Positions 53,715 through 64,000 of a stretch of DNA of 64,000 nucleotides are shown piece by piece. The stretch is from positions 15,936,001 to 16,000,000 of the forward strand of contig CM052818.1 in assembly GCA_028534125.1 (NCBI GenBank), in the 5' to 3' direction. Position numbers and translations under genes: made by a program. Numbering within the stretch: position 1 is the first letter of the stretch; each line of letters starts with the position of its first letter. The DNA comes from Lama glama (taxonomy: Eukaryota). Below the pieces are notes generated by a model. That model was given only the letters and a program-made list of their open reading frames with translations. It was not told where the DNA came from and ran no database searches.

Positions 53715-53965
53715 AGTGACTGTAACCGAACAGGGCTCACACCAGGCAAAAACTGAAAAGGGACGGCAAACGAGTCAGGCCCTTCATGTTGTAATCTAGT
53801 CGCATACGTGTCCTTCAATTTGTTTTAAGAAACTGGGATATTTCATTAGCTAATCAGAGTCTCCTCACCTGAAAATAGCCAGCAGTCAGAAATAAAGGAA
53901 CGTTAGCTGTAATTTTAGCTGGGCTGGTTTTGAATCGTCACATGTGGACGTTGAGCCAATGGTGT
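53715..53965. promoter_or_regulatory. Candidate promoter or enhancer
   Basis: 8 CpGs in ~230 bp in a CpG-depleted window; CGTCA half-CRE (53936), CCAAT (53957), MYB-like TAACCG. Confidence 0.35.
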
Positions 53966-55297
53966 GATGAACTTGTAGATTACTATTTACTTGAGCTTTT
54001 ATGTATACTTTTCTTTTTTTCTCTCTCTCTCTTTATTTGAACATAGCAGTGGTGAGATAATCCATATGTGGATCCTGAGGGAAAGAGGAGACAGAAAAGA
54101 AGGTGTTGAACCCTTCCTGGACCATATTTGAGCTTCTCTTTAAAGGACTCTGCTATAATGTAAGACTGGATGATGATTTGGGGTATAGAAAGGGCTCCTT
54201 TGGAGCCCAGGGTACCAAAAGGCAGGGGGTGGGGAATGGTATTCTCATCATTTCTGAATAGATCAAATCATATCTTCTGAGTCACAGTGAGGATATTACA
54301 GCAATATATAAAAATTCAAAGTTTTAAAACTTTTCGGAGAAGCAGCAGCTGTGGATTAGGTGAGTATTCCGAGCACAACAGGAAGAAGAGCAGCATTACC
54401 CAGAGGGAACCTTGTTCTGTGCAGACGCATGGGTGGCATGCACTAATTCCTTCCGCTTACTTCAGTACAAGAAGGGGAGAAGGAAGAAGAAACATTTTTA
54501 AAACACTACTTTGTTTTTACCAGTAACTTTCTTCAGTTCAGTCTCTCACTTTGATTTCAATAAAGCCCTGTGAGTCAGGTATTAGCATTCCCACTTTTTA
54601 ACTCCTCACTAAAGATCTTAAAATTAGTAGGGCAAGGCTTTTCAGTGGTAGTACATTGTGACCCTATAGTCTGATTTGCCTGGGCTTAAATGTTACTGTT
54701 CTGCCCTTCACTTTCCAAAATGACCTGGCTCCAACAATAAATTATATAATCATTCCTTCATGGACCGTTTGTATCCCATCATAGATCAACTGAATCAAAA
54801 TACACGTGGCTGGCATCAGGACTGGGCATTTCTATTCTAAACAAATATGGAAAAATATGGAGACAGTCTTTATGTAAACAGCGAAGAGATTTCAGTCCAA
54901 GATTATCCAAATTCAAAGCCATGTGAATTTTATTTCACAACACTAACTCTTAGAAAGATGTCTATATTTGTTTTAGTACTGAATTTTAAAATGTGTAAGT
55001 TGATTTTTTACATTGTTTTCATTTATGTTTTCAAACAGTAATCTAAAGCCTCATATATGATTTGATATGTTTTGGATGAAAGGCTAGAGGCCCTCCTATG
55101 CCAGCAAAGGAGCCATTTTGCACAATTTATTCATATAAATTTTCCTACAATAATTCAGAAAATATGTGCACAGAGGTGAAGTTATGCCTGTGTAAATATG
55201 TAATATTTATTAAATATATTTTGTATTTCATTTTATTTGTGTTAATAGCTGAAGGAACAGAAGACTAGGCACAACGGGTCTACCTACCTTTTGGTCA

Positions 55298-55410
55298 CCC
55301 AAAGTGTGATCTAATCACTTCCCAAAGGCCCTGCCTCCTAATACCATCACATTGGGGATATTTAAGATTTCAGATAAATTTTGGGGTACACAAACACTCA
55401 GTCCCTAACA
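55298..55410 (-). mobile_element. MLT1A/B LTR 5' fragment
   Basis: ctaatcacttcccaaaggccctgcctcctaataccatcacattgggg...cacaaacactcagtccctaaca. Confidence 0.8.
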
Positions 55411-57500
55411 GTAGTGTTTATAGAGAGAATCACAATGTTAAAAGTCTATATAAAAAGAGAAGAAATCTTTTAAATAGATAATTCTAAGCTTCTACCTTAA
55501 GAAGCTAGAGGGAGAAAAGCACATTAAATCCAAAGTAAGTAGAAGAAAAGGAAAAATAAACATAAATGTAGAAATCAATAAAATGGAAAAGAGATGGAAA
55601 ATAGATAAAAAGATTGAAAAAGTAACATAAAATGGAAAATATTAATAAGATTGTTATAGCCACATGAGGTGAATCAAATAAAAAGAGAAAGCACAAATAG
55701 CAATACCAAGAATAATAGAGACAACATTATTACAGATTCCAGACATTAGGAGAAAAAAGGACAAAGGACAAGTTATTGCAATATATTGAATACCAAGGAG
55801 AAATAGAAAGTTTCTTGTAAAAGAAATTGGATTTTTAATAAAAATTTTACTTCCAAAAAGAATCCCTCTGGTTTCAGGGGGTGTGGCCAGTCAATTAATT
55901 CTATCAAAGATTAAAGAGGGGAAATAACATCAATCTTACACAAATTTTTTTTAAGAAAGAAGAAAAAAGAAACATTTTCTAATTCATTTTAAGAGCCATC
56001 TTAATGCTAATATCAAAACCAGATAATGACATTATAGGAACAAACAATGACAAGCAGACCAATATCCCTCATGGGCACTGACACAAAAACTTTGCACAAA
56101 ATCTTAGTAAACTGAGTACATCGATGTATAAGATACATAATCAAATATATTTTCCCAGGATATAAAGGTTAGTTTAACATTCAAAAACCAATCAGTCTAA
56201 GAAATGACTCAACATTGTAAGCTGACTATAACTCAATAAAAAGTAAAAAAATAAAAACACCAATCAGTGTAAATCATCATATTATAGAATAAAGAAGGAA
56301 ATATATGATTAATCAATAAATGCAGAAAATGGGATAAAATTCAGTACTCATTCATTGCAATGGCCTTTTAATAAACTAGGAATTGATGGTATCTTATATT
56401 TTATAAAAAAATCTATAAAATGTATCTATAGATAACCTTATATGTAATGCTGAAACATTGCATACTTTCCCTCTAAGATCAGAAACAGAGCCACAAGAAT
56501 AGATTCCAGAAACAAAAATCACATATATACAGTCAACTGATTTTTGACAAAGGGGTCAATACAATTCAATGAGAAAAGCAGACTTTTCAACAAATACTAC
56601 CAGAACAACTGGATATCCATATGGAATACAATGAACTTTGACTTCTATTTCACTTGATAGGCAAAATTTAATTTGAGATGGATAACAAACTTACATGAAT
56701 CATAGCTGAAGTCCTAATGTTTCTGTAAGAAAACAACAGAGTGTCTTCATAACTGTAGCTTAAATAAAGATTTCTTATATAGGGCACAACCCCTTCCCCA
56801 CTATCCTTAGTAGAAAAAACAAAAAAATCAAAATTCATCAAAACTGAATACATAACTCCATAAAAATGTACAATGACAAAAATAAACTGGCAGCCTACAG
56901 CCTAGGAGAAAATATTCTATTCTCAGTACATGTATCTGACCAAGGTTTTGTATCCAGAATATACAAAAACGTGTAAAAAATCAGTAATAGAAAAGCTAAT
57001 TATCCAACTACAATAGGAAAAGTACTTGACCAGATACTTCCTAAATAAATACATTAAAACGACCAATAAATACATGAAAAAATACTCCACATCTTCATTC
57101 ATCACACAGATGCCATTTGCTAGGAGACAACTGTTCATACTCACACAAATGCTTAAAACAAAGGAGTCTTACAGGACCCAGCATTGATGAGGATGTGTAG
57201 CAACTGGAACTTTCATACTTTGTAGGGAGTCTAAAATGCTGCAATTATTCCGGATAAACATATGGCAGTTTGTTATAAAGTTAAGAATACACCAGTTCAT
57301 AACCTAGCCTTTCACTCCTTCATATTAACTCTTCAAAATGAAATGTCCCCACAAAATCTTGTAAATATATGTTCACAGAAAGTTTATTCACAATAATCTC
57401 AAACTGGAAACATGCCAAATGGACATCACTGAGAGTATGGTTTAGCAAATTGTAGCACATTGATACAGTGGCATATTACTCAGCAATAAAAAGGGATTAA
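55411..57500 (+). mobile_element. Old L1 ORF2 (L1MC/ME-like), with deletions
   Basis: RT-region tracts (gaccaatatccctcatgggcactgacacaaaa) and C-terminal tracts to cagcaataaaaaggg. Confidence 0.85.
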
Positions 57501-57679
57501 TTATTTCTGCCTCCCAGAGAAAGATGAGTGTTTTCTAAGAACTATCCTTGTAGTGTACATATTTTCTAATAACTGAAAAATCTAAGGACTTCAGTTCTAA
57601 CTTCTACACAACTGACTGCTAAAATGTGCCTTCAACATCAAGCCTTATTTTACAAAAACTTTTCTGATTTCCTTTTTAC

Positions 57680-58000
57680 ACTCATTCAACAATGTATTTA
57701 CTTATTACTTACTACAGGATAGACATCAGTCCTATTATTATATTTGAAAACATATAAATAAGATTCCTACTCACAGGGAGATAATAGCAACTGATGAAGT
57801 AGCACTCCTAAAACCATAGTAATTTTACGTTAAGTAAAGCTGTTATACAGGAAAACAAAAAGGAAATAGGAAGAAGTATGATGGTGAGAAGGAATATGTG
57901 GCAAGAACAGGGATTGATTCTCTAGATAGGACAGAGGTAAACTCTAGGAAGACTGAAATATTTGCCCTGATATCAGGTACAAAGATCTCCAGGGGAACAG
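57680..58000 (-). mobile_element. L2 fragment
   Basis: ctcattcaacaatgtatttac...cctactcacagggag. Confidence 0.55.
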
Positions 58001-60749
58001 GAAGAGTAAATATTCTAATGTAAGACGTAACTTGATCATCAGGGAAATTATTTGGGATTATGGTTGACTATTTCTTCCAAATCATCTTTAATAGTCATTA
58101 TATAATCTTTTCAATAATGATGTACTAATTCAAACTAGTCTGAAGAACATTCAACACATACATTGTACCCAGTTTTAATTCTGTATTTTGAGAGATTTAT
58201 CAACTAATAAACTTATCAAGTAGGTATTCCAAACGAATTTAAAGAACTGGTGATGTACATGTATAGGTATGTACTTCATTATAGCAAATTCTATATATTT
58301 AAATAGGCAAACTAAAATACTTTACAAGGTAATTTGAAACAATTTAGAGTCTTGAGTACCATATAAACCTTGCTTATAGCATTCATTTTCTCAGGAAAAA
58401 AAAGTTTCTGTTATTTTAACAACATGGTAGAAAAGAAAACCTGTAACAACTCTCCAAAAGAGCAAAAGATTGAAATTACTATAAATTTTATCTATGACAA
58501 CATCTTTCCAGGAAAAAACACCAGTCCATAGACAGAGGACTACTAGTTAAGATCAAAACTATTTCTTAGACTTCCAGATTTTAAAAATTGAGACTAACTC
58601 TAATGCCTCCATAAGTGCAAATATTTAGTCCTGAACACATATCTCTCTGGGATCATTTTGGCATATCCTTTGATGAATCAATTCAAATGGTCTACACTGG
58701 TACATGGAAGTGGACTGGCTACGGAAGACACAGTTCCTTCTGGCTACACTTTACTTTCATCAATGAGTAGCAACTGTATAACTCATTGTTAGCTCAGACA
58801 CAAATCATTTTCTTTCCATCCTTCCCTCGTTACTTTTCTCACATTTTCTGAATTTAAAAACTTGACTATACCAAATCCATTTCTGAGGCTTTAGGTAGCA
58901 AGCTATTATTGCAAAGCCTATACAAATCATAGAAGAGTCAGTTTCCTTTTGATGCCTGTTTGATTCTAATGCATGTCTAGACTCCTGTTCTTTAAAGCCA
59001 ACCTAAAGATCTCTATACAAAGTTTTCCTCTGTAAACAGGACCGACTCCTGAGGTTTTATTTTGTTGGTGGTGCTTTGACATCGATGTAATTGCTTTTGA
59101 ATCAAGGAAACCCCTGAATGACACTACTTAATAAACTTGTAAATTGTGGGAGGAGGGCTTAGAATCCCTTTCCTGCTATGAAATCATGTTGTGGGCTAAA
59201 TGTGTTATGGAGCATTTAATTTATGAAATATCAAAACTTTCAGTGATTTTTTTGAGATACCAAAGCATCCAGTGAATTTTTTCATCTTTTAATCAGATTG
59301 TTTACTGATGGCAGAATAGGTATATTTTCAGATTTACTTATCCTAGTATTTCAATTTTGCACTTCAGGAGTAACATCATTTTTATTCTATTTTTGTAAAA
59401 TTTTATGAAACTAAATTAAATACTGCCACTCCAGTGCTGGTAGAGTCCTTAAGACTTACACTTGTTTATTCACTTTATCAGAAAATCTCCAAAGATTTTA
59501 CTTTGTCAAAGCTCAATATGTTTCCAGTGGGTCTCCAATCGAATTATTTATCTACTCTATTGGTGAGTTAATAAATAATATGAATAAAGAAAAGAGCTTA
59601 GTGAGCTCAGGGATACTAGTGAAACAAATTCCCAGAAGATCTATGGAGAGCAAAGAATATTTCCCAAGGTGTACTGTGGATCTGACCTGATCTGATTCTC
59701 TGTTCCACTTTACATTCCTTTGACTCTAGTGGTGCAAAAACAAATATAGCACTATGCTTTCTGAAGCTTACAATAAAAACTGTACAAATAACAAAAAAAG
59801 TAGGCCAAAGCATGCAGAAAAAAGTAAATGATCTAAATTTAAATTCTAAAACAATGGCAGGTAGCATGAAAGCACAGACAAATACAAAACACAGAACAGA
59901 AACACTAATAATGATGCTAATCATGTAAACACATTCCTTTCCCCTAATCTTCATGTAATTTGTTCACAATAGTGTTTTGGGTCTCATTTCTTACTGTGTC
60001 TTTTCTAAATTTCTGGCTTTCTTAACTTCAGCTTATCAAAATATCGGCTTACATGCCTCTCTTGACTTAATTTGCACTGTCCCTCAGCATGCACACATGC
60101 ATGCAGAAACACATGTGGAATATTCTTCAGATAGGCTACTGTCTTCACCCTCTCCAACACACGTGCACTCCTTTAGCTCTGTTCCTCAGTACTGTGTGTT
60201 CTACAACTCCAAATGCTATTGCTCCTTGGCGATTCCACTGCAATTCTCATAAGGTATATAAAACTCCCTAACTCTAATTCTTTAAGACTCATTCGTTAGT
60301 ATTTTCTAAAGTTTTTTGTCAGGCTGCTTGAAATTTAGTGTCAAGAAGAGGGGGTTCAGAAGATGAATTTCAGTGTGGGGTCCCAGGAACATTGGTGAAG
60401 CCAGGACTGGGAGTCAGAAACCCAAAATAGATTAAAGACAAACAAGTGTCTAAACCAGCCACAGAAGTGTGTGAAAACACCCACAAAGGACCCCTGCGAA
60501 GTGCAGTTGCACTGCTTGTCACTGGTCCTTCTCATTGTTGTTTTCAGTGCCCATGTTCAGATGCTTCAGCCCCCCTCAGAGCAAATTAAAGACTCTGAAA
60601 AACTTACGATGTATTCCAATCTTTACTTCACTCTTTTTTCCATTAACATTCTTAGAAATTGTTGCATGGTTAGAACAGAAAATTGTGTATGTCTTAGATA
60701 ATATAATTACATGCTTAAAATATTATCTCTTTGTAAGGCCTTAGAGATA

Positions 60750-61095
60750 ATACAGTGCAGGACTTTTTGACTTTTTTTTTTCCCTTTTATTTTGGATTAC
60801 TTTGGAAGTCTGGTGAACACCGTGGACCATTTTTCAAAAAAAAATGTTTTTGTATGTATAAAATGTCAACATGTGATCACAAAAAAAACCAACAGTATTG
60901 AAATACAATTGTCAAAATATTTTGAAAACACCTAATTTGTGATATAGTAATATATCCTTTATATATTAACATACCATATGGAGAGAGTGAGATATTATTT
61001 CAAAATATTCCAGGTGTCTATAATATCTGTAATGTGATGTGATATCTGTGACTGATTACTCATGGCATCAGATTCAGAGGTGCCACTAATAATTC
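60750..61095. mobile_element. hAT-Charlie fragment (Charlie7/MER103-like)
   Basis: tttggaagtctggtgaacaccgtggacc...aacagtattgaaatacaattgtcaaaatatt. Confidence 0.6.
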
Positions 61096-61269
61096 TAAGA
61101 TTACCTGTCTACCCTCGTATTGGAAGGACATGCTAGATTTGTATTAGAAGTTAGTGAATAAGAAAAATTTTTTATTCTATTCAAATTCACAGGTCTTCTG
61201 AATTCTACGCACAGATCCTCCTGAGAGTTGTTGAATACCAGATTTAGCACCCCAAATTTAGTGAAATTT

Positions 61270-61420
61270 TTCCTTTTATGTGTGAGGAAATAATGGAGGG
61301 GGAACAGCAGCTTGCCCAACATCATAACATCATAAATCTTAGTGGAAAGCATTGGAATTAACAGAACTCACATCTACTCCCACCAGGGCCACGATTCTTA
61401 ATACCACACTCTGCTAATTC
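61270..61420 (-). mobile_element. MIR SINE
   Basis: ttttatgtgtgaggaaataatggagg...cttgcccaacatcata. Confidence 0.6.
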
Positions 61421-62214
61421 ATAAGGTTTCATTTTAAGATGGTCACAAATGTTAGTGTGTAAATTGGAGGCAAATCTTCATAAATCCTCAGAAATTATCC
61501 TGTAAATGGAGGATTTATTACATTGTGCTCACCTCTGTCTTGTATATTACTGCCTTACACCAGGATGATCTGTGTATCAATCTATCACCTCCAACAGCCA
61601 GTAAACTTTTGTAGAAAAGTCACTGTGATAATTATCTCATTACCCCTGAATCCTTAGTAAGGCTTAGTGTGTTTACTGAAGTTGAATATAATTTACTAAT
61701 TTTCTTATTTATAATCCAATGTCTTTCATAGTTTGCTTTTGTTTCCTGGGGCATATTCTTGTTTCCTCACTGAACTGAAAGCTCCTGGTGTCAGAGATTC
61801 TCATAGACTTCCATATTCTCAACACTGCTTAGCACAATGTCATGTACATTTAATATGGATTTCTAAAGTATTTCTGAGAAGTGACAATAATATAATGATT
61901 AAGATAAATTAAAACATATTTTAAAATGAGTTTCTCAAAATACTATAGAAAAATAAATTAATATGAAAATCTACTACTAATGGACAATTTTGCATATTTT
62001 ATATGCTTAATGTATAAGTAATATATAATATTTTAAAACTCCTATATGAATGTGTTGGTTTGGAAAGGTTAATACTTTTTAATTATTCCCCAAAGAGCTA
62101 ACCTAGACAAAGAACATTTGCCAGTCTCATCCTTGGCAGAGAATCTACAACTGTGTTTCAAAGAATGATATTCCAAAAATAAAAGTATATTTTATCTTAG
62201 GATATTTAAGAAAT

Positions 62215-62476
62215 CCTCCCACACTGCTGGTGGGAATGCAGTTTGGTGCAGCCACTGTGGAAAATAGTATGGAGATTCCTCAAAAGACTAGAAATAGACT
62301 TACCATATGACCCAGGAATCCCGCTCCTGGGCATATATCCAGAAGGAACTCTACTTCAAAAAGACACGTGCACCCCAATGTTCACAGCAGCACTATTTAC
62401 AATAGCCAAGATATGGAAACACTCGAAATGTCCATCAACAGATGACTGGATAAAGAAGATGTGGTATATTTATACA
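62215..62476 (+). mobile_element. Young L1 ORF2 C-terminal fragment lacking 3'UTR and poly(A)
   Basis: ORF 62243-62485 [32 protein letters not shown]...; flanked by aagaaat at 62208-62214 and 62477-62483. Confidence 0.92.
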
Positions 62477-63520
62477 AAGAAATAAATTTAATTTAAATTT
62501 CCACCAACCATATTTTTCTCACTTCTGCTATATTTGAATATTACCTAATTTCACAGAAGTTTTATTTTCACTACTGTCTTGGGGGAATTAGCTTCTTCAC
62601 CAGTGTGACTACCTATTCTGTTGTGGTGAGTGGTTTTATACCTTATGGTCATGCTGTTAGCTTTCTGAGCTGACTCCCTCCATCCTGTTCTCTCTCTCAC
62701 GTCAGGCTGAGCTGCAACAGTAATGTACAAAGATAACAACACCGGCATCACTAACAAGGATAACATGTTCTAATCCTACTGACAACTTTTCTCAACAATT
62801 TAATACCTTTTCTAAATAATTTTTAAATTTAATTTCCATTTGAGACATGACAGTAATTGGAGTTTATAAATCATTAGATAGTCTTTGCCTGTTTTTCTGT
62901 CTTACTGGGTGTCTTTTAAAATGAAGATTTCACTATCTCACTATACTAATTAATGTACTTAACATCTAAATCTATGGATTTTACTGTATTTGGTGGTGCA
63001 AATCATATTTTATTAAAATTCATACTTACATTACTTTTTGTTGAATTTAAAATAGGCAAATTTCAAATGTAATACCAACTTTTGGAAGCAAAGGGACATG
63101 AGGTACTTAGAGGAAGGTGTTTGATGTGATTTTGAATTGTTCTACTGATTTGACAGTTACGATAATACTTTTAAAGTTTCCATTGTGTTACAGAATCTTT
63201 CTGCTTGGTAGAGAACAGGAATTAGTACTATTTCACTACTAGCTTTCTCTCCTTCCTTCCTCCTTCTTTTTCTTTCTCTCTCTTTCTTTCACTCTTTCAT
63301 TAATTCCTTCTATTTCTATCAAACATTCAGAGCATAGTAATAATAATAATGATAATAAATTGACATAATTATTTTCAAATGTAACCTAATTACATTCTTA
63401 TAATACTCTTATGTAGTAGGTATTCTTGCTCTCTCTCTTTTTCAAATAAATATTCCAGGGGAAAATCACCTTTCCTATTCATTCATCCCTGAATCTTCTA
63501 CATTAATTTAAAAAATTGGT

Positions 63521-64000
63521 AGTCCAGGACCAGACGGCGTCACCAGGGAATTCTACCAAATATACAAAGAAGAACTCATACCAGTCCTTCTCAAACTACT
63601 CCAGAAGATTGAAAAAGAGGGAATACTCCCAACTTATTCTATGAAGCCACCATCACCCTGATACCAAAACCAGGCAAAGACACCACCAAAAAAGATAATT
63701 ACAGACCAATATCACTGATGAACATAGATGCAAAAATCCTTACCAAAATACTAGCAAATAGAATCCAACAGCACATAAAAAAGATTATACATCATGATCA
63801 AGTGGGGTTCATCCCAGGGACACAAGGATGGTTCAACATATGCAGATCAATCAATGTAATACATGACATCAACAAGAGAAAGGACAAAAACCACATGATC
63901 ATCTCAATAGCTGCAGAAAAAGCTTTTGATAAAATTCAACACCCATTTATGATAAAAACTCTCACCAAAATGGGTATAGAGGGAACATATCTCAACATCA
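63521..64000 (+). mobile_element. Young 5'-truncated L1, ORF2 reverse-transcriptase region; runs off the window
   Basis: [26 protein letters not shown]...[15 protein letters not shown]...DQVGFIPG...[18 protein letters not shown]; 1-nt frameshift near 63631. Confidence 0.97.

Noticed and set aside
59616..59954. Hydrophobic 112-aa ORF resembling a two-TM protein
   Set aside because: Hydrophobicity follows from the T-rich strand (F/L/V/I/C codons); no family motif or convincing splice sites
1..64000. CRISPR arrays, tRNA/rRNA genes, prokaryotic defence or operon systems
   Set aside because: The sequence is mammalian repeat-rich DNA; no regularly spaced repeats, structural RNA genes or gene-dense ORF clusters seen

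Overview
AT-rich, CpG-depleted mammalian genomic DNA, most likely camelid. The youngest L1 copies resemble camelid L1 as I recall it, and I see no Alu, Bov-tA, PRE-1 or CAN SINEs. Much of the window is decayed transposons: L1 of several ages, L2, MIR, ERV1/ERVL/MaLR solo LTRs, and Tigger and Charlie MITEs. I found no intact gene that I can name, no RNA gene and no CRISPR or other prokaryotic system. Most ORFs in the track are L1 debris or compositional artefacts. The most interesting signals are: (i) a series of canonically bounded minus-strand exon candidates from about 41 kb down to 2.5 kb, some phase-compatible and several with single in-frame stops, suggesting an unidentified, probably decayed multi-exon gene; (ii) a co-oriented ZBED4/6-like hAT transposase fossil at 15.8-16.7 kb bounded by splice-like sites; (iii) RFX, CRE and CpG motif clusters suggesting germ-cell or ciliary regulatory elements; (iv) several atypical L1 insertion footprints. 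Repeat family names come from recalled consensus sequences, not a database search, and most repeat boundaries are approximate.
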